Origin: Legionellales bacterium
Lineage (GTDB): Bacteria > Pseudomonadota > Gammaproteobacteria > Eutrophobiales > Eutrophobiaceae
Assembly: GCA_002721165.1 (NCBI GenBank)
Contig: PBJS01000024.1
Span: forward strand, 1,918-65,917
Direction: 5' to 3'
Length of the DNA: 64,000 bases
The notes beneath the pieces were generated by a model. It was not told the DNA's origin and did no database searches. It was given only the letters and a program-made list of their open reading frames with translations. Positions 18,785 through 28,653 of this stretch are shown here, piece after piece; positions within the stretch are counted from its first letter, which is position 1, and each line of letters opens with the position of its first letter. The position numbers and the translations under genes were made by a program.

Positions 18785-19601
18785 ATTATTATCTTTTTTA
18801 ATCTCAACTTGCCTAGCAATCGCATTTAGTTTTGTTAATGCTAATGAATTGCCAGATGAGTTAAATGCCCCTGGTGGAGTTGTGATAATACCAATCAATT
18901 CAAAAGATAGGCCAAAGGCATTTTTTTATGACAAAAGGGTATTGGTAATTGGTGAGAGCCAGAATTGGAAAGCAATTATCGGCATCCCATTAAAAATAGA
19001 ATTAGGTGAACACAAATTAAAAGTTGTAAGTAATGGAGTTGAAGCTAATTATCTTTTCGAAGTGGTAGGTAAGGCATATGAAGCACAATATCTTACTATT
19101 AAAAATAAACGTCAGGTTAATCCAAATAAAGAGGATATGTTACGTATTACAAGGGAAAGAAAATTAATCTCCAAAGCAAAAATAAACTGGAGAGAGATAG
19201 ACAATGTTCCTTTGAGATTTATCAAACCTGCTAAGGGGCCATTTAGTAGCTCTTTTGGGCTGCGTCGATTCTTTAACAACCAGCCAAGAAATCCTCATAG
19301 CGGTCTTGATATTGCCGCAGAGACAGGCACACCAATCGTTGCCCCTGCAGCAGGGATTGTAACTAACGCCGGTGATTACTTCTTTAATGGTAAAACAGTA
19401 TTTTTAGACCACGGGCAGGGATTAATCACCATGTACTGTCATATGGAAAATATTAGTGTCGAAGAAGGCGATATTGTAGATGTGAACGATTTACTTGGTA
19501 CTATTGGTTCCACAGGCCGAGTTACAGGCGCTCACCTGCATTGGAGCGTGATTCTAAATAACACAACTGTCGAACCACTTCTTTTTTTAAAAGCTGAGTG
19601 A
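18774..19601 (+). CDS. Secreted M23 family metallopeptidase (LytM/NlpD/EnvC-like)
   Basis: Signal peptide MKNRLLSFLISTCLAIAFSFVNA. HSGLDIAA and HLHWSV M23 motifs. The track ORF begins at a TTG at 18750, and the gene overlaps the xseA 3' end. Confidence 0.8.
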   Translation: MKNRLLSFLISTCLAIAFSFVNANELPDELNAPGGVVIIPINSKDRPKAFFYDKRVLVIGESQNWKAIIGIPLKIELGEHKLKVVSNGVEANYLFEVVGKAYEAQYLTIKNKRQVNPNKEDMLRITRERKLISKAKINWREIDNVPLRFIKPAKGPFSSSFGLRRFFNNQPRNPHSGLDIAAETGTPIVAPAAGIVTNAGDYFFNGKTVFLDHGQGLITMYCHMENISVEEGDIVDVNDLLGTIGSTGRVTGAHLHWSVILNNTTVEPLLFLKAE

Positions 19602-19611
19602 ATCTTAATGA

Positions 19612-20562
19612 CTAAACAGAAGCTTGTATATCAGCGTGATAGGAAGAGCGTACTAATGGCGAGCTCGCGACATTAATAAAACCTAGTGATTTAGCATAAC
19701 AGGCAAGTTCTTCAAATTCATCAGGATGGACATAACGCTCTACTGGTAAATGATATCGACTTGGTTGTAAATACTGGCCCATTGTGACCATATCGCAATT
19801 GTGGTCTCTCAAGTCTACCAGTACATCTTTAACCTCACCTAATTTTTCACCTAAACCTAACATCAAACCTGACTTAGTTAGAACATTTTTATTTTTCTCT
19901 TTAAATTTTTTAATTAGTAACAAAGATGCAGAATAATCAGCTCCAGGTCTAATTTTTTTATACAAACGTGGTATAGATTCAAGGTTATGATTAAAAACAT
20001 CAGGAGGTGATTTTGCTAAAATACTAAGGGCATCATCAATCTTTGAACGGAAATCTGGAACTAATATCTCAATTTTTATTTCTGAACATTCTTCTCTTAT
20101 CTTATCAATACAAGTAACAAAATGCGTAGCTCCCCTATCAAGCAAATCGTCACGATCAACAGATGTAATAACGACATATTTCAGTTTCATCTCTTTAATT
20201 ATATTAGCCAGATTCTTAGGTTCATTTTTGTCTGGTTCTTTTGGTTTTCCGAAAGCAACATCGCAAAACGGGCAGCGCCTTGTACATACATCACCCAAAA
20301 TCATAAAAGTCGCCGTACCACTTGTAAAACATTCCCCAATATTTGGGCAAGCAGCCTCTTCACACACTGTATGTAACTTGTTTTTCCGAATTAATTTTTT
20401 TAGATTTAGTACATCATTATTAATTGGCGCTTTAACTTTAATCCAGCGTGGTTTTCTTTTTATTTTTTTATTTGTGGATAAAAACTGGATTGGTATTTTA
20501 TTAGTCTTTAGCTTGCCACGTCTGCTTTGTTCAGGTTTTTGATAAGTGTTATTTTGATACAT
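19612..20562 (-). CDS. lipA: Lipoyl synthase
   Basis: [12 protein letters not shown] and CTRRCPFC iron-sulfur cluster motifs. Confidence 0.95.
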   Translation of the reverse strand: MYQNNTYQKPEQSRRGKLKTNKIPIQFLSTNKKIKRKPRWIKVKAPINNDVLNLKKLIRKNKLHTVCEEAACPNIGECFTSGTATFMILGDVCTRRCPFCDVAFGKPKEPDKNEPKNLANIIKEMKLKYVVITSVDRDDLLDRGATHFVTCIDKIREECSEIKIEILVPDFRSKIDDALSILAKSPPDVFNHNLESIPRLYKKIRPGADYSASLLLIKKFKEKNKNVLTKSGLMLGLGEKLGEVKDVLVDLRDHNCDMVTMGQYLQPSRYHLPVERYVHPDEFEELACYAKSLGFINVASSPLVRSSYHADIQASV

Positions 20563-20578
20563 AATTTAATCCAGAAAG

Positions 20579-21214
20579 TTATGCAACATCACTCAGAGTA
20601 ATTGGATTTTTATCGAGGTACTCTAATATATAACTTAATAGCTCTCCTTTTGCCTTATTTAAAGTTATATTTTTTTTGAAATCGATTAACTGTGTAGGAG
20701 AGATTCCTTTCATTCCGCAAGCATTAATACCATCAAATGGCGTTAGATCCATGTCTACATTAAGTGACAAACCATGGTATGTACAGTTTTTTTTGACGCG
20801 TAAACCTAATGAGGCAATCTTACAATCCTTAATATAAACACCAGGTGCGCCTTGTTTCCGTTCTGCATTCATACCAGAATCCTTTAGATATTGAATCACT
20901 GATGTTTCTATTAGTGAAACTAATTTTTTAATTTTATATGGTCGTCTAGACAAATCGATTAATAAATAAATAACTAATTGACCCGGGCCATGATAAGTAA
21001 CTTGCCCTCCTCGATCTGTTGAAACAATAGGTATATCGCCAACGTCAATAATATGCTCTGTTTTTTTTGAGAAGCCGAGCGTATAAACTGAAGGATGTTC
21101 GACCAACCATATTTCATCTTTTGTTGAAGAATTACGGCTTAGAGTAAAATTACGCATTAAATTATATATCTCAATATAATCTTTTGTGCCAAAATCTTTT
21201 ACTTTAAACGTCAT
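20579..21214 (-). CDS. lipB: Octanoyltransferase LipB
   Basis: 211 aa. GGQVTYHGPGQ motif and a conserved cysteine region. Confidence 0.9.
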   Translation of the reverse strand: MTFKVKDFGTKDYIEIYNLMRNFTLSRNSSTKDEIWLVEHPSVYTLGFSKKTEHIIDVGDIPIVSTDRGGQVTYHGPGQLVIYLLIDLSRRPYKIKKLVSLIETSVIQYLKDSGMNAERKQGAPGVYIKDCKIASLGLRVKKNCTYHGLSLNVDMDLTPFDGINACGMKGISPTQLIDFKKNITLNKAKGELLSYILEYLDKNPITLSDVA

Positions 21215-21483
21215 AACGCCATTATTACCTTTTTATGTTCTGTTAAATCGAAATAAATATCATCAAGTTGCTTTCTACTTTCAGCTTCAATTGTAACGGT
21301 GACTGAAACATAATTACCTTCTTGACTATATCTGCTTTTTACTGCGCTTTCAGACAAATTAGAAATATGTTTTTTAATTATGTTCGTAACAATGATATCA
21401 AAATCATCAGACGCAATTCCCATAACTTTTATGGGAAACTCACATGGGAACTTCATAATTGTATCTTCGTCGGTCTTGCTCAT
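21211..21483 (-). CDS. ybeD: UPF0250/DUF493 protein YbeD
   Basis: The FPCEFPIKVMG...GNYVSVTVTIEA segment aligns with E. coli YbeD. The position next to lipB is conserved. Confidence 0.85.
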   Translation of the reverse strand: MSKTDEDTIMKFPCEFPIKVMGIASDDFDIIVTNIIKKHISNLSESAVKSRYSQEGNYVSVTVTIEAESRKQLDDIYFDLTEHKKVIMAL

Positions 21484-21597
21484 AATACTAATATAAATAT
21501 TTTTTGTAAAAGATTAACATATCTTAATTTCATGTAGTATTTTTGCTATATAATATAATGAATCTGCCTATATTAAAAAATTATTAATAACTTTCTC

Positions 21598-22515
21598 ATG
21601 ACAGCACTTGTAATAGACAACTTAACAAAAATATACCCAAATAAGCTTACTGCTTTAAATAGTATTAGTTTGAATGTTAATCAAGGTGATTTCTTCGCAT
21701 TACTTGGGCCAAATGGTGCAGGCAAATCAACAACCATTGGTATTATTTGCGGTCTAACTAATAAAACGTCGGGGGCTGTTAAGATCTTTGGTAACAATAT
21801 TGACGAAAATAGTGATGCCGCAAAATCCTGTATTGGGATTGTTCCACAGGAAATCAATTTCTCACAGTTCGAGACATGTCTTGAAATTGTCGTCAATCAA
21901 GGGGGATTTTACGGCATTAAACGTTGTGATGCGCTTGAGCGTGCTGAAAAATATCTACGTAAGTTAGATCTTTGGGATAAACGTAATGAACGCTCGCGTA
22001 ACTTATCCGGTGGTATGAAACGACGTTTAATGATAGCAAGAGCTTTGGTTCACGAACCAAAAATGCTAATCCTAGATGAACCCACCGCAGGAGTGGATGT
22101 TGAATTGAGGCGCTCTACCTGGAATTTTTTAAAAAGTATTAATCAAAAGGGAATCACTATTTTATTGACCACACACTACTTAGAAGAAGCAGAATCGCTT
22201 TGTAAGAATATCGCTATAATAAATGATGGTGAAATCGTAGAAAATACTTCTATGAAGAAATTATTATCGAAACTCAACAAAGAAACTTTCATTTTCGATA
22301 CAGTCGAGCCTATCGAGGAACTACCAAATTTAAATGACTTCGATCTCAAATTAATAGATAACACAACTATAGAAGTAGAGGTAGACCGCAGAAATAACAT
22401 TAACGAGCTTTTTGCATCCTTAACATCTAAAAATATCAATGTAACTAGTATGAAAAATAAAAGAAACCGTCTTGAAGAATTATTTCTGAACCTATTGAAT
22501 GACCGAGAAAAGTAA
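21598..22515 (+). CDS. yadG: ABC transporter ATP-binding protein (YadG-like)
   Basis: Walker A GPNGAGKST, signature LSGGMKRR, Walker B ILDEPT. Confidence 0.85.
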   Translation: MTALVIDNLTKIYPNKLTALNSISLNVNQGDFFALLGPNGAGKSTTIGIICGLTNKTSGAVKIFGNNIDENSDAAKSCIGIVPQEINFSQFETCLEIVVNQGGFYGIKRCDALERAEKYLRKLDLWDKRNERSRNLSGGMKRRLMIARALVHEPKMLILDEPTAGVDVELRRSTWNFLKSINQKGITILLTTHYLEEAESLCKNIAIINDGEIVENTSMKKLLSKLNKETFIFDTVEPIEELPNLNDFDLKLIDNTTIEVEVDRRNNINELFASLTSKNINVTSMKNKRNRLEELFLNLLNDREK

Positions 22516-22526
22516 AATAAATAATT

Positions 22527-23300
22527 ATGTATAAAAAAACAACGATAATCGCATTAAATACTATTGTAATTAAAGAAATTAATCGGTTTACTCGAATTTG
22601 GATGCAAACAATACTACCGCCAACAATTGGCATGGCTCTTTACTTTGTAATTTTCGGTAGCTTAATTGGTCCAAGAATTGGAACAATGAATGGTTTTGTC
22701 TACATGGAGTATATTGCCCCCGGCCTGATAATGATGGCTATAATTAACAATTCCTACGGAAATGTAGTTTCGTCTTTTTTCGGAGCTAAATTTCAAAAAC
22801 ATATTGAAGAGATATTAGTCGCTCCAATTCCGAATATCATAATTTTAATAGGATTTGTAGCTGGTGGAGTAGCAAGGGGTATTTGTGTAGGCATTGTTGT
22901 GACATTTGTCGCATTATTTTTTACAAAATTGAGCATGCATAGTCTTGGAATCACAATTGCAATAGTATTGCTTACTTCGATTGCATTTTCACTAGGAGGT
23001 TTAATCAATGCCATCTTTGCTGAAAAGTTTGATGATATTGCTATTATTCCCAACTTTGTCTTAGCTCCGCTAATTTATTTAGGTGGAGTTTTTTATTCAA
23101 TTGATATGCTGCCAGAGTTTTGGCAGAAAGTATCAGCGCTTAACCCGATATTATATATGGTGAATGCTTTTCGGTATGGTATTTTAGGTGAGTCTGATAT
23201 AAATATAACGCATGCCTTTGCTATTCTTATTATTTTTATATTTATTCTTTTTTATGTTTCACTATATTTATTAAATAAGGGAACTAGAATAAAAAATTAA
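22527..23300 (+). CDS. yadH: ABC-2 type transporter permease (YadH-like)
   Basis: 257 aa, six predicted TM helices, directly downstream of the ATPase. Confidence 0.8.
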   Translation: MYKKTTIIALNTIVIKEINRFTRIWMQTILPPTIGMALYFVIFGSLIGPRIGTMNGFVYMEYIAPGLIMMAIINNSYGNVVSSFFGAKFQKHIEEILVAPIPNIIILIGFVAGGVARGICVGIVVTFVALFFTKLSMHSLGITIAIVLLTSIAFSLGGLINAIFAEKFDDIAIIPNFVLAPLIYLGGVFYSIDMLPEFWQKVSALNPILYMVNAFRYGILGESDINITHAFAILIIFIFILFYVSLYLLNKGTRIKN

Positions 23301-23320
23301 GCCTACTAAGTATAGTATTT

Positions 23321-23677
23321 CTATTCACCCTTATATATACATCCGGAAGTACACGTCTCCTTTACAACAACTGAATATAAAAGTGGTAAGTCAGGTTGAA
23401 GCTCATGCCATATCCATTTCGCTAAATTCTCACTTGTTGGATTCTCTAAGCCAGAGATTTCGTTAAGGTAACAATGATCTAAACGCTTATAAATAGGTTG
23501 GAATATCTCACCAATATCTGCAAAATCCATAACCCATCCATTAGTATTATCATTACTGCCACTAACGTGCACTTCAATTACAAATGAATGTCCATGTAAT
23601 CGACTACACTTATGATTCTCAGGTAAATTAGGCAATCTGTGAGCAGACTCAATTACAAATGTCTTATATATTTCCAT
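23321..23677 (-). CDS. queD: 6-carboxytetrahydropterin / 6-pyruvoyl-tetrahydropterin synthase family protein (QueD/PTPS)
   Basis: C-x3-HGH motif (KCSRLHGHSF). About 120 aa. Probable start at MEIYKT, after the upstream gene's stop; the track ORF extends to 23770. Confidence 0.75.
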   Translation of the reverse strand: MEIYKTFVIESAHRLPNLPENHKCSRLHGHSFVIEVHVSGSNDNTNGWVMDFADIGEIFQPIYKRLDHCYLNEISGLENPTSENLAKWIWHELQPDLPLLYSVVVKETCTSGCIYKGE

Positions 23678-23678
23678 A

Positions 23679-24518
23679 TTATTCGCAATAGTCATTTTTA
23701 AAATCTTGATAAAGTTTATTTGCTTGCTGCCATAATGGTCCCGGCTTACCACTACCCACGAGCCTATCATCTAATTCAACAACGGGGACTATTTCCCATG
23801 TAGAACTTGTTACCCAAATCTCGCCAGCACTAAGCAATTTACTCTCGCTAATTGACCCTTCTACGATTGGCAGATCATTATGCATCAATATTTCGACTAT
23901 TAAATCTCGTGTTATACCAGAAAGAACATGACTAGTTCTTGCTGGTGTTAAAATCTTATCATCAGTACAAACAAATACATTACTCGCAGCCCCTTCTGTT
24001 ACATATTTATCCCTAATAAGAATAGCCTCCCTTGCTTCTTGCTCCTTCGCCTTATGTCTAAGTAAAATACTAGGTAATAAAGTAGTAGCCTTTATATTAC
24101 ATAATTGCCAACGAATATCTTCATGCGTTATTGCTTTTATTCCCGATGAAAAATTATTTGCCTCCAATGGACGACTCATTGCAAATACTGTTGGCTTATC
24201 AGCTATGCTAATATCATGATCTCGTCTTGAAACACCCCGTGTTATTTGTAAATATATTGATTGGTTAACTTGTTCTAAAGAATCTATTAATTTATTAAAA
24301 ATGTCGCGCCATTCATTCTCCTTTAAGGGATTACTCATGTAAATTTCTCTCAAGCTATTTTCAAGACGCATTATATGTTCTGAGAATCTAAAAATTTTTC
24401 GATTGAAAATAGGAATAACTTCATAAACTCCATCACCAAAAGTGAAGCCGCGATCTAAAACACTGACGGAAGCTTCTTCAATTGGTTTGAACTCTCCATT
24501 AAGATAAACAAGACTCAT
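23679..24518 (-). CDS. Class IV (fold type IV) PLP aminotransferase: D-amino-acid aminotransferase or aminodeoxychorismate lyase (PabC)
   Basis: 279 aa. GxGVYE-like N-terminus (FTFGDGVYEV). Class IV architecture. The two functions cannot be told apart from sequence alone. Confidence 0.7.
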   Translation of the reverse strand: MSLVYLNGEFKPIEEASVSVLDRGFTFGDGVYEVIPIFNRKIFRFSEHIMRLENSLREIYMSNPLKENEWRDIFNKLIDSLEQVNQSIYLQITRGVSRRDHDISIADKPTVFAMSRPLEANNFSSGIKAITHEDIRWQLCNIKATTLLPSILLRHKAKEQEAREAILIRDKYVTEGAASNVFVCTDDKILTPARTSHVLSGITRDLIVEILMHNDLPIVEGSISESKLLSAGEIWVTSSTWEIVPVVELDDRLVGSGKPGPLWQQANKLYQDFKNDYCE

Positions 24519-24527
24519 AATCGACTA

Positions 24528-25694
24528 TCAATCTAACAAAAAAAGATGAATCTCATCTTTTAATCGATTAAAAATACTACCTCTCGTGATTTCTGTTTTA
24601 GCTAACAATGAAACTGAGGCTATATTTTCCTCTGATAAAAAAATATTCAAAACCCCTTGCCGTTCTCCTTGCCTGATCGGAGCTATTATTTTTGTATCTA
24701 TTTCAACAACCGGATCAAGTTTGTCGTATTGGCCACGAGGAATAGTGATATAAAAATCGTCTTTTACTGTTAGTTCTATAGAATCCGTATTAGCCTTCCA
24801 TACTCTAGCATTAGTTACAACATCACCTTTGTTATAAAGTTTATGTGTTTCATAAAATCTATAACCGTAATTTAAATTAGTTTGGCTTGCTTTAGCTCTT
24901 GTATTTTCGCCGCTTGCACCCATCACAACAGAAATTAAACGCATGTCATCTCTAATCGCTGAAGCAACTAAACAATAACCTGCTTCTTCTGTATGTCCTG
25001 TTTTTATGCCATCAACGCTTTTATCCCGCCATAGTAGTTTATTTCGGTTATATTGCTTTATTGGGGGGTTGGAACCGTAAGTGAATTCTTTAATTTTATG
25101 TAAATCATATACCTCAGGGTAATCTTTTATAAGCGCTCTTGCTAATATTGCTAAATCATATGCTGTAGTTGAGTGTTCTGTGCCCTCAACTGGCAGACCC
25201 GTGCTATTAGCAAATTGAGTATTCTTCATTCCTAAATGTAGTGCATGTTGGTTCATAAGGTTAGCAAAAACTTCCTCGCTCCCTGAAATATGTTCTGCCA
25301 GCGCAACACTTGCATCATTTCCGGACTGAACAACAACCCCGAGTAGTAAATCATTCAATTTAACCCGATCGCCTATCTCAATAAACATTCTTGATCCGAG
25401 CGTATCATAAGCCTTCTTGCTCACCATCACTTCATCCAACAAAGATATCGTTCCCTTCTCAAGCTCATAGGCCACAACGTAAACTGTCATCATCTTAGTT
25501 AAACTTGCTGGTGGAAGCTTTTGATGGATATTTTCCTCGATCAATATTTCTCCGCTATTGTGATCCATTAATAGATATGAAGATGCTGGTACTTTAGGTG
25601 GTGAAGGTACAATTGTTATATCAGCAAAAGAATACTGATTCTTAAAAAAAGAGAATAGTAAAAACCATACAACGTAACGTAATTTTATATTCAT
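24528..25694 (-). CDS. dacA: D-alanyl-D-alanine carboxypeptidase (PBP5/6)
   Basis: SLTKMMT (SXXK), SGN and KTGHT motifs. Signal peptide. C-terminal beta-sandwich domain. Confidence 0.9.
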   Translation of the reverse strand: MNIKLRYVVWFLLFSFFKNQYSFADITIVPSPPKVPASSYLLMDHNSGEILIEENIHQKLPPASLTKMMTVYVVAYELEKGTISLLDEVMVSKKAYDTLGSRMFIEIGDRVKLNDLLLGVVVQSGNDASVALAEHISGSEEVFANLMNQHALHLGMKNTQFANSTGLPVEGTEHSTTAYDLAILARALIKDYPEVYDLHKIKEFTYGSNPPIKQYNRNKLLWRDKSVDGIKTGHTEEAGYCLVASAIRDDMRLISVVMGASGENTRAKASQTNLNYGYRFYETHKLYNKGDVVTNARVWKANTDSIELTVKDDFYITIPRGQYDKLDPVVEIDTKIIAPIRQGERQGVLNIFLSEENIASVSLLAKTEITRGSIFNRLKDEIHLFLLD

Positions 25695-25714
25695 TTGAAT
25701 TCCAAAATTTTTTT

Positions 25715-26545
25715 TTAATTAGTCACAATACGATGTTCAAAAATACCAAAATCTGACAACTTGGAGACAATAGAATCAGAAAGCTTAGTATCTGTAAATG
25801 GTCCAATTCTAACTCGGTATAAGGTATTACCAGAGACTATAACATTGCTAATTTTTATCAAATTATCGCCAAACGAACCAAGTTTCTGTTTTAATATTTT
25901 TGCACTTTCTAATTTACTAAATGTACCTACTTGTATGTAAAAACTGGTATCTTGCGTGGAAATCTTATCATCTTTAACGAGATTATCTTCCTTTGGTTCT
26001 TCTGGATCGATTGCTTTGACTTCGACCAAACCTGTTCCTTTCTGAATAATATCAAGTTTAATTGCTGCTGTGTACGATAAATCGATTATACGATTTTCAT
26101 GAAATGGTCCTCTATCATTAACTTTTACAACTATAAATTTATCATTACTCAAGTTTGTTACCTTTACATATGTAGGTAAGGGTAACGATTTATGTGCTGC
26201 CGTCATTGCATACATATCATATGTTTCGCCACTTGAAGTTCGTCTGCCATGAAATTTAGTTCCATACCATGATGCAATACCTTTTTCAATATACCCCTTA
26301 CCACTATCCATAACATAATAACGTTTGCCAAATACAACATAAGACTTCGGATTACCGTAACGACTTTTTGGCTCCTTTTTAGGGATTGCGTTTGGAATTG
26401 TTTCTACATCAATTTTCTTTTTTGGTGCTGAATCAACGGCAACGGGTGATACAACCTTATCTATTCTGCCGCATGAGAATAATAAAAAACAACTAAGTAA
26501 GATTAATATAATTCTTTTAAAGACAAATATTCTGGAAAAAAACAC
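25715..26545 (-). CDS. rlpA: Septal ring lytic transglycosylase RlpA (DPBB domain plus C-terminal SPOR domain)
   Basis: Lipoprotein signal LSCFLLFSCG. ASWYG...HGRRTSSGETYD DPBB motif. SPOR-like C-terminus. Confidence 0.85.
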   Translation of the reverse strand: MFFSRIFVFKRIILILLSCFLLFSCGRIDKVVSPVAVDSAPKKKIDVETIPNAIPKKEPKSRYGNPKSYVVFGKRYYVMDSGKGYIEKGIASWYGTKFHGRRTSSGETYDMYAMTAAHKSLPLPTYVKVTNLSNDKFIVVKVNDRGPFHENRIIDLSYTAAIKLDIIQKGTGLVEVKAIDPEEPKEDNLVKDDKISTQDTSFYIQVGTFSKLESAKILKQKLGSFGDNLIKISNVIVSGNTLYRVRIGPFTDTKLSDSIVSKLSDFGIFEHRIVTN

Positions 26546-26547
26546 TC

Positions 26548-27549
26548 TTAGTTCTCTTTAGCACTAGCTTTATTATTTTTGTACTCTTTAATTTTTTGAG
26601 CCAGCTGATAAACAGCCATTGCATATAATTTACTATGATTATAGCGTGTTATCACATAAAAGTTTTTTTGTGCAAGCCAAAATTCTGATCTATTTTCTAA
26701 TTTAAATTCGAACAATTTAAATTTCTCATCATCATGAAAATCAAAACTAGTCAAAATCCCATACTTTTTCAAATCTGTTTTACTTATATTTAATTCTAAA
26801 CTTTTATCTAAAATACTTTTATATTCATCCCCTTCAATCATCACTTTACTTATTATTGGCTCCTTATTTTTCCAACCATGTTCGAAAAAATAATTTGCGA
26901 CACTTCCAATGACATCATCTGGGTTGTGCCAAATATCAGCAACATTATCATTATCAAAATCAATAGCATAATTACGATAACTACTAGATATAAATTGCGG
27001 CATTCCCATAGCTCCTGCATATGAACCTTCTAATTGTTCGGGATCAAAATCCTGCTCTCTTGTGAGAAGTAAAAAATGCTCGAGTTCAGAAAGAAAAAAA
27101 GCTGCACGTTTTGGGTAGTGAAAAGCAAGAGTATTGAGTGAATCAATAACACGATAGCTTCCCGAATTTCTACCATAAAATGTCTCAACCCCAATAATTG
27201 CCGTTATTATTTCTGGTGGTACGCCAAATTTTCTTTCGGCTTCCTCTAATTTTAGTTTATTATCTAACCAAAATTTTACCCCTTCTTTAATTCTTTTTTC
27301 TTTTATAAAAATTTTACGGTACTGATACCATAAAAATTTTTTTTCTGCTGGTCTTTGTATTGCATCCAAAATAGATTTGGAAATAACTGTTTTGTCAAAT
27401 AATAGATTTAATTGTTTATAGTCAAATCCATGTTTTTCTTCCATGTAGGATATAAATTCTTCTCTAGAACCAATATCTTTTGAGTGAACAGTAGGTGAAC
27501 CTAATAGTAGATATAATAGTACTGTATGTATAAAATATTTTTCTTTCAT
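26548..27549 (-). CDS. mltB: Lytic murein transglycosylase B
   Basis: GAMGMPQFISSSY motif. 333 aa with signal peptide. Confidence 0.85.
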   Translation of the reverse strand: MKEKYFIHTVLLYLLLGSPTVHSKDIGSREEFISYMEEKHGFDYKQLNLLFDKTVISKSILDAIQRPAEKKFLWYQYRKIFIKEKRIKEGVKFWLDNKLKLEEAERKFGVPPEIITAIIGVETFYGRNSGSYRVIDSLNTLAFHYPKRAAFFLSELEHFLLLTREQDFDPEQLEGSYAGAMGMPQFISSSYRNYAIDFDNDNVADIWHNPDDVIGSVANYFFEHGWKNKEPIISKVMIEGDEYKSILDKSLELNISKTDLKKYGILTSFDFHDDEKFKLFEFKLENRSEFWLAQKNFYVITRYNHSKLYAMAVYQLAQKIKEYKNNKASAKEN

Positions 27550-27556
27550 TTATTTA

Positions 27557-28648
27557 TTAGCGCTTCAAAAATTTTCTATTTGTATGTATCGACATTAAAA
27601 TACCAAAACCTGCCATCAATGTTACAATTGATGTGCCGCCGTAACTGATTAATGGAAGCGGAATACCGACAACTGGTAGTTGCCCTGTTACCATTCCTAT
27701 ATTAACAAAAATATATACGAAAAAACTTAGTGTTATGCCGCCTGCTAATAATTGACGGAATGCGTCCTGTGCATTATATGCAATATATAGAGCACGAAAA
27801 ATTATCAACGAATAGATTGATAAAATTACCAAAACACCAAACATCCCAAACTCTTCACATAGTACTGCAAAAATGAAATCTGTTGAGCGTTCTGGTAGAA
27901 ATTCAAGATGAGATTGAGTGCCATTTAACCATCCTTTACCATAAAAACCGCCTGAACCAATAGCAATTTTTGATTGTATTATATGATAACCCGCCCCTAA
28001 TGGATCTTTTTCTGGATCAAGAAAAGTTAATACTCTCTGTTTTTGGTATTCTCGCATAAAATGCCATAGTGACGGAATACTAAGTGCCGATATAATAGAT
28101 ACAGAAAGTAAATAACGCCAAGAAAGTCCCGCAATAAAAATAACAGAGAATCCGGCAATTGCAACCAATAAGGCGGTTCCCAAATCGGGTTGTTTAGCAA
28201 TCAACACAACAGGAACAATTATGAAAACAAAAGATAGAACAATTCTTAAAAATTTTGGAGGCAAAAATCTACTCGAAAGGTATGACGAAACAATAATTGG
28301 TACCGCAATTTTCATTAACTCCGAAGGCTGGAAGCGTAAAATCTTTAAATCTAGCCAACGTTGAGCGCCTTTGCCAACATCGCCAAAAATAGCTACAAGT
28401 AATAACAAAATAACTCCAAAAAAATATAATAATAAGGACAGACGATTCAAATTAGCAGGGGGCACTTGCGCTACTAAAATCATACACAATAAAGCAATGA
28501 AAAGTTTTGTTGCTTGATTATATACCAGATCAATATTCTGCCCGCTTGCGCTATATAAAATAATTAAACCGCACAGACAGAGAACAAAAATAAGAGCCAA
28601 AAGAATAAAATCTATATGTATTCTATAACCTAGTGAATTTTCATTCAT
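27557..28648 (-). CDS. mrdB: Peptidoglycan glycosyltransferase RodA (SEDS family)
   Basis: 363 aa polytopic membrane protein of the FtsW/RodA family. Gene order rodA-mrdA. Confidence 0.9.
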   Translation of the reverse strand: MNENSLGYRIHIDFILLALIFVLCLCGLIILYSASGQNIDLVYNQATKLFIALLCMILVAQVPPANLNRLSLLLYFFGVILLLLVAIFGDVGKGAQRWLDLKILRFQPSELMKIAVPIIVSSYLSSRFLPPKFLRIVLSFVFIIVPVVLIAKQPDLGTALLVAIAGFSVIFIAGLSWRYLLSVSIISALSIPSLWHFMREYQKQRVLTFLDPEKDPLGAGYHIIQSKIAIGSGGFYGKGWLNGTQSHLEFLPERSTDFIFAVLCEEFGMFGVLVILSIYSLIIFRALYIAYNAQDAFRQLLAGGITLSFFVYIFVNIGMVTGQLPVVGIPLPLISYGGTSIVTLMAGFGILMSIHTNRKFLKR

Positions 28649-28653
28649 AAGAA

